Positions 1-10,219 are shown, counted from the first letter of the stretch. The stretch: DNA of 64,000 nt from Thermomicrobiales bacterium (GCA_034431475.1 DAOUDE010000111.1:6931-70930), one strand, 5' to 3'. A program made the numbers and translations. Notes: generated by a model from the sequence alone, not told the origin.

Positions 1-357
1 AACCAGGGCTGTCTGATCCCCGTCGTGATCGTCCTGGGGCTGGGCGCCATTCTGCTCTTCTTCGATTACGTCCTGATCGTGGCACACCTCGCGCCCCCCT
101 TTTGCACCCGGCCGGAATGCCAGGCGATGAGCACGTTTCTGCATATCTCCGCCATAAGCTCCGTCGTGGCCCTGACCTGCGCCACCCTGGCCGCGCTCAG
201 CGCCAGGCCGAAGTGGCTCCCAATGCTCGCAGTGGGCGCCCTGCTCGTCTCGATTGCCGCCGGGCTCCTGACGGGCATTGGCATGTGGTCCCTCCCCAAT
301 GCCTTGATCACATTGGTTGTGACGTGGCTGCTCCTGTTGCTGGTGGCCGACCAGTGA
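1..357 (+). CDS. Small multi-pass membrane protein, 5' end probably outside the window
   Basis: Frame 1 is open from base 1 (NQGCLIPVV...) to TGA at 355-357; about four hydrophobic segments; no family motif recognised. Confidence 0.6.
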   Translation, partial: NQGCLIPVVIVLGLGAILLFFDYVLIVAHLAPPFCTRPECQAMSTFLHISAISSVVALTCATLAALSARPKWLPMLAVGALLVSIAAGLLTGIGMWSLPNALITLVVTWLLLLLVADQ

Positions 358-384
358 GCACAACCGGGGTGTTGCGCTGACGCG

Positions 385-1155
385 CTACCACCAGCCGTAG
401 GGCACGTTACGCCGTGGGTTCAACCGCGAATGCATGCCGCGCTCATGCAAGATCTCGATGCGCCGGGCGAGGGCGGCGATCTCGTTGCCATCCAGGACGT
501 CGCCCAGCAGCGCCGGCAACTCATCACGGCGGGCGTGCATGTCGCCCAGTTCACCTTGCAGCGTGGGGGAAATCGGCCGCCCCACAAACTGCCAGAGCAC
601 CGTCCGCAGCTTGGGCTCGCAGTTGAACGTCAGCCCGTGGTCGATGCCCCACACCTTGCCCTGCTGATCGCGCATGCAGTGGCCGATCTTGCGATCAGCG
701 TTGTTCGTGAGTTGATCGAACAGCACCAGGCGCTCGATGTCCGGGTGTTCCCCACCCCAGAACTGCTCGCGGTTTTCGGTTTCCGGCTCGGGCTCGATAT
801 AGAGTTGCAGGCTCCCTTCGCCATGCGGTCCTTCGCGCACCACCGTGACCGGCACCAGGTCCCAGCCAGCCCACTTGCTGAAGCGATACGCCGCGACTTC
901 CCGCTGGTAAAGGGTGCCGTCCGGGAAATCCCAGAGCGGCGCTTCCCCCGCGCGCGGCTTGTAGATCGCCAGCACGCTGTGATCGTCGTCGGGCTCCAGC
1001 ACCACCGCAAAGGTGTAGTTCGATCCCCAGGGAATAAGCTGCGCACCGCTGAAGTCAGCGGTGGTGAGCACATGCAGGGCTTCGGCTTCGGTGAGTGGGG
1101 CTTGCCGTTGCGACTCGCCGTCGCCACCTTTGAGTTCGAGAAAGAGATCGGGCAT
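385..1155 (-). CDS. SCO1664-family protein (PI3/PI4-kinase-like fold)
   Basis: GSNYTF, AIYKPRAGEAPLWDFPDGTLYQREVAAY, NNADRKIGH and WGIDHGLTF match the SCO1664 family pattern. Confidence 0.85.
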   Translation of the reverse strand: MPDLFLELKGGDGESQRQAPLTEAEALHVLTTADFSGAQLIPWGSNYTFAVVLEPDDDHSVLAIYKPRAGEAPLWDFPDGTLYQREVAAYRFSKWAGWDLVPVTVVREGPHGEGSLQLYIEPEPETENREQFWGGEHPDIERLVLFDQLTNNADRKIGHCMRDQQGKVWGIDHGLTFNCEPKLRTVLWQFVGRPISPTLQGELGDMHARRDELPALLGDVLDGNEIAALARRIEILHERGMHSRLNPRRNVPYGWW

Positions 1156-1267
1156 TCGCGGGTCCGCTCGTGATTCGCCTCGTCGGACAGTTCAGTTTAC
1201 TCCGCGCTTCTCCCTGCGGGTCATGCGAAGCACCTGAGCCAGGCACTCTCCTGCCCGGCACGAGACG

Positions 1268-1273
1268 TACAAT
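1268..1273 (+). promoter_or_regulatory. Possible sigma70-type -10 element (TACAAT) upstream of the FAH-family gene
   Basis: TACAAT about 50 nt before the ATG at 1321; no convincing -35. Confidence 0.3.
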
Positions 1274-1320
1274 CGTGGCAGTTGTGATCGCCGCACGTCC
1301 GGGAAGGAATACCCTGCAAC

Positions 1321-2097
1321 ATGCGCATCGTACGGTTCAGGACAGCAGCTGACAGCACCCCCACGTGGGGAGCACTGGAAGGTGAAACGATCCTCGCGCT
1401 CTCGGGTACACCCTTCCAGGGTGAGGAGGTCACGGCCGGCAAGCCACTCGCGACGCTCTCCCAGGTCGAATTGCTGGCGCCCGTCGACCCGGAGAAGATT
1501 GTCTGCGTCGGCATGAACTACCTGGCCCACGTCACCGAACGCGACCCGAACCGCAAGGTCCCGGAAGAGCCCGTGCTCTTCATGAAGCCGCAGACGGCAC
1601 TGCTGGGCCACGGGCAGGCGATCAAGATCGCCAACCTCGATCACCGCACCGATCACGAGGCGGAACTGGCGATAATCATCGGCAAGACGGCTCGCCACGT
1701 CAGCGAGGCGGATGCCCTCTCGTACGTCGCGGGCTACACCGTCGCGAACGATGTCTCTGACCGCGATCTGCAAAAGAAGGACGGCCAGTTCATTCGCGCC
1801 AAGGGGTTCGACACTTACTGCCCGGTCGGGCCGTGGGTGGAGACCGACATCGACATCTCCGACCTGCCGGTGCGCTCGCGCGTCAACGGCGAGCCGCGCC
1901 AGGATCAGAAGACCTCCAGCATGCTCTGGAATCCGGCCTTCCTCATCTCTTACATCAGCGGCGTGATGACATTGAAGCCGGGCGACCTCATCCTCACCGG
2001 GACGCCCGAAGGCGTCGGTCCCCTCAAGCCGGGCGACACTATCGAGGTCGAAGTCACCGGCATCGGCACCCTCAGCAACCCGGTCGAGGCGGCGTAG
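1321..2097 (+). CDS. Fumarylacetoacetate hydrolase family protein
   Basis: KIVCVGMNY, EPVLFMKP, DHEAELAIIIGK, GYTVANDVSDRDLQ, RAKGFDTYCPVGP, LKPGDLILTGTPEGVG. Confidence 0.95.
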   Translation: MRIVRFRTAADSTPTWGALEGETILALSGTPFQGEEVTAGKPLATLSQVELLAPVDPEKIVCVGMNYLAHVTERDPNRKVPEEPVLFMKPQTALLGHGQAIKIANLDHRTDHEAELAIIIGKTARHVSEADALSYVAGYTVANDVSDRDLQKKDGQFIRAKGFDTYCPVGPWVETDIDISDLPVRSRVNGEPRQDQKTSSMLWNPAFLISYISGVMTLKPGDLILTGTPEGVGPLKPGDTIEVEVTGIGTLSNPVEAA

Positions 2098-2102
2098 AAC
2101 TG

Positions 2103-2280
2103 AGGGGGAGCCGCTTCGCTCAGGGGGAGACGGCCTGCGGGCCTTAGGGGGAGACGCTTCGCTCAGGGGGTGCCGCTTCGCTCAGGGGGTGGAGGAGAAC
2201 GATGAGTGACTTTTCCCCTCGTTCTCCTCCACCCCCTGAGGGCTTTAGCCCGTCTCCCCCTGAGCGAAGCGGCTCCCCCT
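2103..2280. repeat. Nested inverted-repeat (REP/MITE-like) element between convergent genes
   Basis: Perfect 31-bp IR 2103-2133/2250-2280; perfect 22-bp IR 2181-2202/2219-2240; 16-mer CGCTTCGCTCAGGGGG at 2112, 2155 and 2174 and inverted at 2256-2271. Confidence 0.9.
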
Positions 2281-2285
2281 TCGTC

Positions 2286-4361
2286 CTAGAACTCTCGCCA
2301 GGCCACACCGGTCCCGGTTGCCAGCAGCGATGCCAGCGCCTCGGAATCGTGGACGGGCGCCAGGCAGGCCATGTGCTCGCAGAGATACGCCGTGGCCTGG
2401 CCGCCCCGCGCAGGCCGTTCCTGCAGGAACGGCAGGCGGGCCACGAGATCGGGCGCACCCTCATCCACGTACCCGACGACCAGGTTCGGGGAGTAGACCC
2501 CGTAGCTGGCATCCAGCAACGCCTGGAGATCGTCGCCCTCCCGATCGCCCGCGAGGGCCAGCTCCTGCACGGGGCCGAGGTAGAAACTCAGGGCGCTCAG
2601 GTAGCGCCCGGCTGCCAGCGGGTGCTCGCGCATGGTGCTGGCCAGTGATTGCAACAGGGCGGCGGCTCGGGCCGTCCAGGCTTCGTTGCCGGTCATGTCG
2701 CCCAGGTGCAGCAGGACATCCGCCGCAACGGCATTGCCCGAAGGCGTCGCGCCATCGTGCAGATCGCGGGAACGGGTGATGGGCGTGGCGTGGTCCTCGG
2801 CGGCGTCAAAGAAGCCGGCGTTCTCCTCACTGGCGAAGCGCGCGATCATCCCCTCCGTCAGGCGCAGCGCCTCCTTCAGCCATTGCGCTTCCAGCGTGGC
2901 CCGGTAGAGCGCGAGCAGACCGTCGATGAAGAGTGCGTAGTCCTCCAGGAAGCCCGTAACCCGAGCGTCGCCATCCTTCCAGCTCCGCAGCAGCACGCCA
3001 TCACGCTGCAGGTGTTCCAGGACGAACGAGGCATTCTTGCGCGCGATGTCGAGGAAGTCCGGGCGACCCAGCACGCGTCCGCCATTGGCGAATGCGCGCA
3101 GCATCATCCCATTCCAGGCGGTGATCACCTTCTCGTCCCGCCCAGGCCGCGTGCGCGTCCCGCGCGCCGCGAGCAACAAGGGCACGCTGCGCGCGATAGC
3201 GGCGGCGAGGTCGTCAGCCGTCACCCCGGCCTCCGTGGCGACCATCTCCAGCGGGCGCGGAGTTGAGAGGACGGTGGCGCCCTCGAAGTTGCCCCCTGGC
3301 TTGACGGCGAACCATGCCTTGATCAGAGTTGCGTCCTCCGGCGGGAGGACAGCGTCGATCTCCTCGGGCGTCCAGACGTAGAAACGACCTTCGTGTCCCT
3401 CGGTGTCGGCATCGAGCGTCGAATAGAATCCGCCGTGCTCGCCAGTCAATTCGCGCGCCACGAAATCCAGGGTCTCCTCGGCGACCTGGCGGTAGCGGGG
3501 ATCGTGGTACGCCTGGAACCCGGCCAGGTAGGCGCTGGCGAGCTGGGCGTTGTCGTAGAGCATCTTCTCGAAGTGCGGCACCAGCCAGATGGCATCCACC
3601 GCGTAGCGGGCAAAGCCGCCGCCCAGGTGGTCGTAGATGCCGCCAGTGGCCATGCGGTCGAGCGTGCGGCGGGCCATCACCTCGGCGCGGGTGTCGCTGG
3701 CGCGATGCGCCTGCTGCAGCAGGTACTCGATGATCGCAGGCTGTGGAAACTTCGGCGCAGCCCCGAACCCACCGTTGCGCGCATCGAACGAGCGCGCGAG
3801 TGCTTCGGAGGCCTCGTCGGCAATTGCACCCTGGAGATCCCCCGGCTGCGGCAACTCCTGCGCGGAGCGGCGCAGCATTTCGCGGATCTGCTCCGCGTTC
3901 TCGTCCACTTCCTCTCGCCGCTCGCGGTACGCCTCGGCGACTGCCTCCAGCACCTTCGGGAAGCCAGGCATCCCCTGCTTGTCTTCCGGGGGGAAATACG
4001 TGCCACCGTAAAAGGGCGTGCCGTCCGGCGTCAGGAAGACGTTCATCGGCCAGCCGCCGTGCCCCGTCAGGGCCTGCACGGCGGTCATGTAGATCGCATC
4101 CAGGTCGGGCCGCTCCTCGCGGTCGACCTTGATGTTGACGAAGAGGTCGTTCATCTTCGCCGCGATGTCGGGGTTCTCGAACGACTCATGCTCCATGACG
4201 TGGCACCAGTGGCACGCGGAGTAGCCGATGCTGACCAGGATCGGCTTGTCCTCTTCGCGGGCGCGGGCCAGGGCCTCCTCACCCCAGGGATACCAGTCCA
4301 CCGGGTTCTCGGCGTGCTGCAGAAGGTAGGGGCTCGTTTCCGACGCCAGCCGATTTGTCAC
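2286..4361 (-). CDS. Thioredoxin-domain protein of the YyaL/SSP411 family
   Basis: [71 protein letters not shown]. Confidence 0.95.
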   Translation of the reverse strand: MTNRLASETSPYLLQHAENPVDWYPWGEEALARAREEDKPILVSIGYSACHWCHVMEHESFENPDIAAKMNDLFVNIKVDREERPDLDAIYMTAVQALTGHGGWPMNVFLTPDGTPFYGGTYFPPEDKQGMPGFPKVLEAVAEAYRERREEVDENAEQIREMLRRSAQELPQPGDLQGAIADEASEALARSFDARNGGFGAAPKFPQPAIIEYLLQQAHRASDTRAEVMARRTLDRMATGGIYDHLGGGFARYAVDAIWLVPHFEKMLYDNAQLASAYLAGFQAYHDPRYRQVAEETLDFVARELTGEHGGFYSTLDADTEGHEGRFYVWTPEEIDAVLPPEDATLIKAWFAVKPGGNFEGATVLSTPRPLEMVATEAGVTADDLAAAIARSVPLLLAARGTRTRPGRDEKVITAWNGMMLRAFANGGRVLGRPDFLDIARKNASFVLEHLQRDGVLLRSWKDGDARVTGFLEDYALFIDGLLALYRATLEAQWLKEALRLTEGMIARFASEENAGFFDAAEDHATPITRSRDLHDGATPSGNAVAADVLLHLGDMTGNEAWTARAAALLQSLASTMREHPLAAGRYLSALSFYLGPVQELALAGDREGDDLQALLDASYGVYSPNLVVGYVDEGAPDLVARLPFLQERPARGGQATAYLCEHMACLAPVHDSEALASLLATGTGVAWREF

Positions 4362-4425
4362 AATCTCTCGCTTTCCGCTGTGTGTGGCGACGCCGGCAGC
4401 ATCTGCCTCGGAACGACGCCACTAC

Positions 4426-4431
4426 TACAAT
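4426..4431 (+). promoter_or_regulatory. Possible -10 element (TACAAT) upstream of proC
   Basis: TACAAT in the divergent intergenic region, about 55 nt before the proC start. Confidence 0.3.
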
Positions 4432-4484
4432 GGTGACACAGGGACGTACGCCAAACGTGGGCCAGTCCACGCCATTCAGGAGCC

Positions 4485-5348
4485 TTGATGACAACGGAGC
4501 ACGCGAACCCGCTGGCTGGAACCCGGCTGGCGTTCATCGGCGCGGGCGTCATGGCGGAATCCATGATCGCGGGAATCCTCAAGCAGGGCCAGGCCGCGCC
4601 GCAGCAGATTGTGGCCAGCCACCCCCGTCCGGAGCGGTTGGGACGGTTGGAGAAGCGATTCGGGATCGACACTGCCAGCGACAACCGGATCGCTGCAACA
4701 GGCGCGGATCTCGTCTTCCTGACCATCAAGCCCCAGGTGCTGCAAACGGTGATGCCGCAACTGGCGGGCCATCTGCAGCCAGAGCAGGTGGTCATCTCCG
4801 TCCTTGCCGGAGCGCCGGTCGATGTCCTCACCCGGGGGCTGCAGCACCAGGCCGTGGCGCGGGTCATGCCGAACACGCCCGCGCAAGTGGGCGAGGGCAT
4901 GAGCGTGTGGTGTACGACGCCAGGTGTCTCCTCGGAACAGCAGGCCCGGGTGCAGGCGGCGCTCGGCGCGCTCGGCCGCGAGTTGTGGGTGGAGGAAGAG
5001 AAGTATGTCGACATGGCGACGGCGCTCTCGGGCACCGGCCCCACCTACGTCTTCCTGATGATGGAGGCGCTCATCGACGCCGGAGTTCACATGGGCTTTC
5101 CTCGCCGCATCGCCGAAGAGATCGTCTTGCAGACCGTTTCCGGGTCGGTTGCGTTCGCGCGCGACTCTGGCAAGCACATGGCCGAGCTGCGCAACATGGT
5201 CACCTCGCCCGGGGGCACCTCCGCCGAGGCGATCTACCAGATGGAGAAGGGCGGCCTGCGCACCGTCCTTTCCCGCGCCGTCTACGCCGCCTACCAGCGC
5301 ACACAGACCCTGGCCGAGAAGGAACGGGCAGCAAGCTCACGGGAGTGA
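4485..5348 (+). CDS. proC: Pyrroline-5-carboxylate reductase
   Basis: FIGAGVMA Rossmann motif, ARVMPNTPAQVGEG, TALSGTGPTYVF, VTSPGGTS. Confidence 0.95.
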   Translation: MMTTEHANPLAGTRLAFIGAGVMAESMIAGILKQGQAAPQQIVASHPRPERLGRLEKRFGIDTASDNRIAATGADLVFLTIKPQVLQTVMPQLAGHLQPEQVVISVLAGAPVDVLTRGLQHQAVARVMPNTPAQVGEGMSVWCTTPGVSSEQQARVQAALGALGRELWVEEEKYVDMATALSGTGPTYVFLMMEALIDAGVHMGFPRRIAEEIVLQTVSGSVAFARDSGKHMAELRNMVTSPGGTSAEAIYQMEKGGLRTVLSRAVYAAYQRTQTLAEKERAASSRE

Positions 5349-6260
5349 GTTCTGGTTCGGGAACGCCAGACTCGCGGTCATTCCGTCGTACCCGATCACG
5401 GCCGCCGGGAAGACCTCGCGCGCGTTGCCGGTGAAGGCTTGTGGATCGTCGACGCCGGGGCTGAAGTGCGTGATCCAGAGCTGCTGCACATCCGCATCCC
5501 GCGCCATGGTCGCTGCCTCCCGGAATGTCATGTGCTGGTTGCGAACCGCGTTTTCGGCGTGTGCATTGTCGCCGTAGGTGCCCTCGCAAACCAGCAGGGT
5601 GACCCCTGAGATGAGTCTGGTAATGGCGGCGGTGGGGCGAGTGTCGGTGACGTAGGCCACGGAGATTCCCGGGCGAGGCGGACCCATCACGTCGTCCGGC
5701 CCGATGACGCGGCCATCCAGTGTCACCGGCTGCCCATCCTGCAGCTTCCGCCACAGGTTGGTAGGAACAGCGAGCGTGCGCGCCCGGTCCGCCAGGAAGC
5801 GACGCCGCCGGTGCAGATCGAGCCGGTACGCCAGCACTGGCAGCGCGTGCTCCCCGGCCACGCAGGACCCCTCTACGCCATCCGGCAGCGGAAACGTGTC
5901 GCCGCTCGCCAGTTCGCGCACATGCACCTGATAGGGCAACTCCGGCGCGATCACGCGCAGGCCCTGCACCACCGCTGCCAATCCCACCGGCCCCAGAATC
6001 GCGATCGGTTCGGTGCGCCCCGTGTTGGCTACCGTGTGCAGGAGGCCCGGCAGCCCGGCAATATGGTCGGAATGGGTGTGCGAGATGCAGATCGTCGAGA
6101 GTCGCCGGAAACTCCACCCGGTGGCCCGCCAGGCGATCTGCGTGCCTTCGCCGCAGTCGAACAGGATGACGTCCCCACCCACGCGCACGAGGAGGCTGGA
6201 GAGCCAGCGGCGCGGCAACGGCATCATGCCACCCGTCCCCAGAAGCGTAATGTCTATCAT
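5337..6260 (-). CDS. rnz: Ribonuclease Z
   Basis: LLGTGGMMP, LFDCGEGTQ, SHTHSDHIAGLPG (HxHxDH), exosite arm, YVTDTRP, HMT, ITHFSP. Confidence 0.93.
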   Translation of the reverse strand: MIDITLLGTGGMMPLPRRWLSSLLVRVGGDVILFDCGEGTQIAWRATGWSFRRLSTICISHTHSDHIAGLPGLLHTVANTGRTEPIAILGPVGLAAVVQGLRVIAPELPYQVHVRELASGDTFPLPDGVEGSCVAGEHALPVLAYRLDLHRRRRFLADRARTLAVPTNLWRKLQDGQPVTLDGRVIGPDDVMGPPRPGISVAYVTDTRPTAAITRLISGVTLLVCEGTYGDNAHAENAVRNQHMTFREAATMARDADVQQLWITHFSPGVDDPQAFTGNAREVFPAAVIGYDGMTASLAFPNQNSLP

Positions 6261-6296
6261 CTGTTCACGAAGCCCCGTTCACCTGAGGACGTCCTG

Positions 6297-6746
6297 ATGC
6301 CCGGCGCTGCACCTGTAACGCTCTCGCTGACCTTGCCACTGCCGCCCGGCGTGAACAACCAGTATGTGACAGTCGGTCGCAAACGCGCCCTCAGCGCCAC
6401 CGCCCGGCAGTTCCACAGCAACGCCAGGAAAGCGATCGAGGCGCTGCGCGCAAGCGGCGCCATTGACCCGGCCCACGAGCGCGCGCTCGGTGACGCGCTA
6501 CTCGGGGTGTACCTCACCTTCTATTTCGAGACGCCCATGAAGCGGGACCTCGATGGCGGGCTGAAAATCACGCTCGATGTGCTTGCTGCGTCCCTGGGCT
6601 TCGATGACCGCTCAGTTGTCGACTTACACCTCACCAAGCGTATCGATCCGCTCCGCCCACGCGTTGAAATCGACATCGAGACGATTCCGGAGTGGGAATT
6701 CGACCGCACCTATCATTATCTTGGTGACGCAGACCCGCCGCAGTAA
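6297..6746 (+). CDS. rusA: RusA-family Holliday junction resolvase
   Basis: LPLPPGVNNQY, KRDLDGGLKITLDVL, FDDRSV and PRVEIDI; ATG at 6297 lies in the frame of the 5811..6746 ORF. Confidence 0.8.
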   Translation: MPGAAPVTLSLTLPLPPGVNNQYVTVGRKRALSATARQFHSNARKAIEALRASGAIDPAHERALGDALLGVYLTFYFETPMKRDLDGGLKITLDVLAASLGFDDRSVVDLHLTKRIDPLRPRVEIDIETIPEWEFDRTYHYLGDADPPQ

Positions 6747-6767
6747 CGCAAGGAGCCCAGCACACGC

Positions 6768-8372
6768 ATGACCACTGCCCATACGCCCGAAATCGCTCCC
6801 AGGCGCGACGCTGCGCAAACTGGCCCGACCCCGGACACGGACTTCGACACCGTCGTCGTGCTCGACTTTGGCAGCCAGTACAGCCAGCTCATCGTGCGCC
6901 GGTTGCGCGAGCTGGGCGTGTACAGCGTGCTCATGCCCTGGGATGCGCCGCAGGAGCAGATCGCCGCGCTGCACCCGCGCGGCATCGTGCTCTCCGGGGG
7001 ACCGGCCAGCGTCTACGAGCCGGGCGCGCCCTCCCTGCCGGACTGGGTGGTCAGCCGGGACACGCCGGTCCTCGGCATCTGCTACGGCATGCAGCTCCTG
7101 GCCAACAAGCTCGGCGGCGAGGTCACGCCCGCCGCGCGTCGCGAGTACGGCCCCGCCGCCATCACCGTCAGCGACCCCTCGCAGCTCTTCGACGCCCTGC
7201 CCGCCGACCTCGATGTCTGGATGAGCCACGGGGATCATGTGTCGCAGGTGCCGCCGGGCTTCACCACCATCGCCAGTTCCCCGAATGCGCCCATTGCGGC
7301 CATGAGCAACGGCAAGGTGTACGGCATCCAGTTCCACCCGGAGGTGGCACACACCCCGCTCGGGCGCGATGTGCTCCGCAACTTCCTGGTGCAGGTATGC
7401 CAGGCGCGAACCGACTGGACACCGGACCACTTCATCGACAGCGCAGTGGCCCAGATTCAGGAAACGGTCGGCGATGGCCGCGTGCTCCTCGCGCTCAGCG
7501 GCGGCGTCGATTCCAGCGTAGCGGCCGCACTCCTGCATCGCGCCATCGGTGACCGCCTGACCCCGGTTTTCGTGGACAACGGGTTGCTCCGTCAGGGCGA
7601 AGCGCAGTTGGTGCGTGATGTCTTCGAGCGCTCGTTCGGCATGCACCTGGTCTTCGTCGATGCCAGCGAGCGCTTCCTTCACCGGCTGGAGGGTGTGGAA
7701 GATCCTGAGCAAAAGCGCAAGATTATCGGCGAAGAGTTCATTCGTGTATTCGAAAAAGCTTCCGACGAGCATGGACCATTCGATTTCCTGGCCCAGGGCA
7801 CGCTCTACCCGGATGTCATCGAGAGCACCTCGGCCGACACCAAGGCAGCAGCCAAGATCAAGACCCACCACAACGTCGGCGGCCTGCCGGAGAACATGCG
7901 CTTCCCGCTGATCGAGCCGCTGCGATACCTCTTCAAGGATGAGGTGCGCGCTGTCGGCCGCGCGCTCGGCTTGCCAGATGAGATCGTGCAGCGGCAGCCG
8001 TTCCCTGGTCCTGGCCTGGCGGTGCGCATCATCGGGCCCGTGACGGCCGAGGATCTCGAACTGCTGCGGCCCGCCGACGCCATCGTGCGCGAGGAGATCG
8101 ACGCCTCGCCCCAGGCGCCAGATGTCTGGCAGTACTTCGCCGTACTGCTGCCCGTGCGCACCGTCGGGGTGATGGGCGACTACCGTACCTACGGTCGCGT
8201 CTGCGCCGTGCGGGCGGTGTCCTCGGAGGACGCAATGACGGCCGACTGGGCTCGCCTGCCGCACGAACTCCTGGCCCGCATCAGCAACCGCATCGTCAAC
8301 GAGGTGCACGGTATTACCCGCGTCGTCTACGACATCTCGTCGAAACCGCCCGGCACCATTGAGTGGGAGTAG
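6768..8372 (+). CDS. guaA: GMP synthase (glutamine-hydrolysing)
   Basis: [65 protein letters not shown]; AAGGAG RBS. Confidence 0.98.
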   Translation: MTTAHTPEIAPRRDAAQTGPTPDTDFDTVVVLDFGSQYSQLIVRRLRELGVYSVLMPWDAPQEQIAALHPRGIVLSGGPASVYEPGAPSLPDWVVSRDTPVLGICYGMQLLANKLGGEVTPAARREYGPAAITVSDPSQLFDALPADLDVWMSHGDHVSQVPPGFTTIASSPNAPIAAMSNGKVYGIQFHPEVAHTPLGRDVLRNFLVQVCQARTDWTPDHFIDSAVAQIQETVGDGRVLLALSGGVDSSVAAALLHRAIGDRLTPVFVDNGLLRQGEAQLVRDVFERSFGMHLVFVDASERFLHRLEGVEDPEQKRKIIGEEFIRVFEKASDEHGPFDFLAQGTLYPDVIESTSADTKAAAKIKTHHNVGGLPENMRFPLIEPLRYLFKDEVRAVGRALGLPDEIVQRQPFPGPGLAVRIIGPVTAEDLELLRPADAIVREEIDASPQAPDVWQYFAVLLPVRTVGVMGDYRTYGRVCAVRAVSSEDAMTADWARLPHELLARISNRIVNEVHGITRVVYDISSKPPGTIEWE

Positions 8373-8478
8373 ACCGGGTCACACCTTGTCAAGGCTGGTA
8401 CCATAACGTGTAGAAGTCATTGCGCGGGTTCGACTCGGGCCGTTCCCCGCTGCGTTCCCTGGATTGAGGATCCAAAAC

Positions 8479-9030
8479 ATGGCCGAAGCACCCAACGTTA
8501 CCGTCTATTCCACCCCTACCTGCCCGTGGTGCGATCGCGCCAAGGCGTACCTTGCCCAGCAGGGCGTACCCTTCAAGGATGTTGATGTCTCCAGGGATTA
8601 CAACGCCGCCATGGAAATGGTGCGCCTCAGCGGTCAGCAGGGTGTTCCTGTGACGGTGGCTGACGGCGAAGTGATCCTCGGGTTCGATCAGGCGCGCCTG
8701 GCGAAAATTGCCGCGAAGTACGCCGGCCCGAAGCGGCCACCACTCGGTATCCTCGCGGCAGACGCCGAGGACTACCTCAGCAAGCACCCGGAGCTCGCGG
8801 AGAAGGTTCCAACTGGCACCAAGGGCGTCTACATCGGCAAGATTCGCCCGCAGACGGTCGCCGAGCGCGCCGGCCTGCAGCCGGGCGATATCCTGACCAG
8901 CTTTGCTGGCAAGCGCGTCCGGACCATGGCCCAGCTCGACCAGATGGTTGACACCCTCAAGGCGGGCGATCAGGCGACAGCCCGTTACCTGCGCGATGGC
9001 GGAGACCAGTCCGTCATCCTGCAGTTCTGA
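8479..9030 (+). CDS. Glutaredoxin (CPWC)-PDZ fusion protein
   Basis: VYSTPTCPWC...SGQQGVPV glutaredoxin domain followed by LGIL...GVYIGKI...AERAGLQPGDILTSFAG PDZ domain. Confidence 0.85.
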   Translation: MAEAPNVTVYSTPTCPWCDRAKAYLAQQGVPFKDVDVSRDYNAAMEMVRLSGQQGVPVTVADGEVILGFDQARLAKIAAKYAGPKRPPLGILAADAEDYLSKHPELAEKVPTGTKGVYIGKIRPQTVAERAGLQPGDILTSFAGKRVRTMAQLDQMVDTLKAGDQATARYLRDGGDQSVILQF

Positions 9031-9095
9031 CGCCGAACAGTCATTTGTCAGCATGCTCAGGCGGCCTGGCGCCGGCCGCCTGACCTGGGTTCGCC

Positions 9096-9572
9096 GTGGA
9101 GCCACTGACCGACATCGAAACGTTCAAGCGTCTCGGTCTGGCCATGGCAGCGGGCCTGATCCTCGGGCTGGAACGCGAACACGCCGACAAGCCTGCCGGC
9201 GTGCGCACGTTCATGCTTGTCTGCGAGGGCGCAGCCCTCTTCATGCTCTGCGGGCTCTTGCTCAGTGACCAACTTGCCGCCGCGAACCGCATCTCGGATC
9301 CTGGGCGCATCGCGTCTACAGTCATCCAGGGGATCGGCTTCATCGCCGCCGGCGTCATCCTGACGCGGGGCTCACAGATTGTCGGCCTGACCACAGCGGC
9401 AGGAGTCTGGGTTACGGCCGCCATCGGTCTCCTGATCGGCGCTGGTTTCACCACGCTGGGGCTTGGCGCCACGGTAATCACCGTGGCTAGTCTGTTCGTC
9501 CTGCGGGAGGTCGGACACCGCGTCGGCGATGCCCGCCCCCCTAACTCGCCACATTCCGACGAACAGGACTAG
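9096..9572 (+). CDS. MgtC/SapB family membrane protein (N-terminal domain only)
   Basis: GLEREHADKPAGVRTFMLV, RIASTVIQGIGFIAAG, GLTTAAGVWVTAAIG. Confidence 0.92.
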   Translation: MEPLTDIETFKRLGLAMAAGLILGLEREHADKPAGVRTFMLVCEGAALFMLCGLLLSDQLAAANRISDPGRIASTVIQGIGFIAAGVILTRGSQIVGLTTAAGVWVTAAIGLLIGAGFTTLGLGATVITVASLFVLREVGHRVGDARPPNSPHSDEQD

Positions 9573-10219
9573 CGCTTCAACCAATCTTGCTCCATCGTCG
9601 CCAGCACATCTGCCGGCAGGCGCGGCGCATCATACGCGCCAACAGCCAGCCGCTGCCGGAATGCCTCATACAGGCACACCGCGCTCGCAACCGAAACATT
9701 GAGGCTCTGCACCATGCCGGCCATCGGGATTTCAACCAGGCCATCGGCCAGGGCCAATGCCTCGTCAGACACGCCCCGCATTTCGTTGCCGACGATCAGC
9801 GCTACGCCGCGCGTCAGGTCCCAGTCATGGAGGGGCCGTGAATCCTGCCCGAGCGCCGTTGCCAGGATCTGCAACCCTGCCCCTCGAAGCTCGGCGGTGC
9901 ACGCCGCGATTGAGTCGTGCCGCACCACATCCACCCATTTGGCCGCGCTGGCCGAGGTTTGCCGCGCAAACATCCCCGGTGGCGGCAATTCGATGGAATA
10001 GACGGCATGCACCTGGAGCACCCCCACGGCATCGCAGGAGCGCAGGATGGCGCTGACGTTGTGGGGATCATGCACATTCTCCAGGATCAGCGTGAGGTCG
10101 GGTTGCCGCCGCTCCAGCACGCTGCGCACCCGCTCCTGGCGGCGTGTGGTGCGCGGCCACTTCGAGGTCTTCTCGCTGCCGTCGGTGATGAGCGTGCGTC
10201 GATCAATCGCAGAGGTCAC
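9569..10219 (-). CDS. trmH: TrmH-family SPOUT tRNA 2'-O-methyltransferase
   Basis: RRQPDLTLILENVHDPHNVSAILRSCDAVG, IVGNEMRGVS, IPMAGMVQSLNVSVA. Confidence 0.88.
   Translation of the reverse strand: MTSAIDRRTLITDGSEKTSKWPRTTRRQERVRSVLERRQPDLTLILENVHDPHNVSAILRSCDAVGVLQVHAVYSIELPPPGMFARQTSASAAKWVDVVRHDSIAACTAELRGAGLQILATALGQDSRPLHDWDLTRGVALIVGNEMRGVSDEALALADGLVEIPMAGMVQSLNVSVASAVCLYEAFRQRLAVGAYDAPRLPADVLATMEQDWLKR

Noticed and set aside
2103-2280. Short repeats as a possible CRISPR array
   Set aside because: Units are 16 nt, irregularly spaced, partly inverted, with no spacer-length unique sequences and no cas genes
6297-6746. Prophage remnant around rusA
   Set aside because: No integrase, structural or replication genes; both flanks are housekeeping genes
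8420-8450. GGGTTCGACTC, resembling a tRNA T-loop
   Set aside because: The flanks do not form a 5-bp T-stem, and there is no acceptor, D or anticodon arm or CCA
8479-9030. Selenoprotein glutaredoxin
   Set aside because: The active site is CPWC with no in-frame TGA
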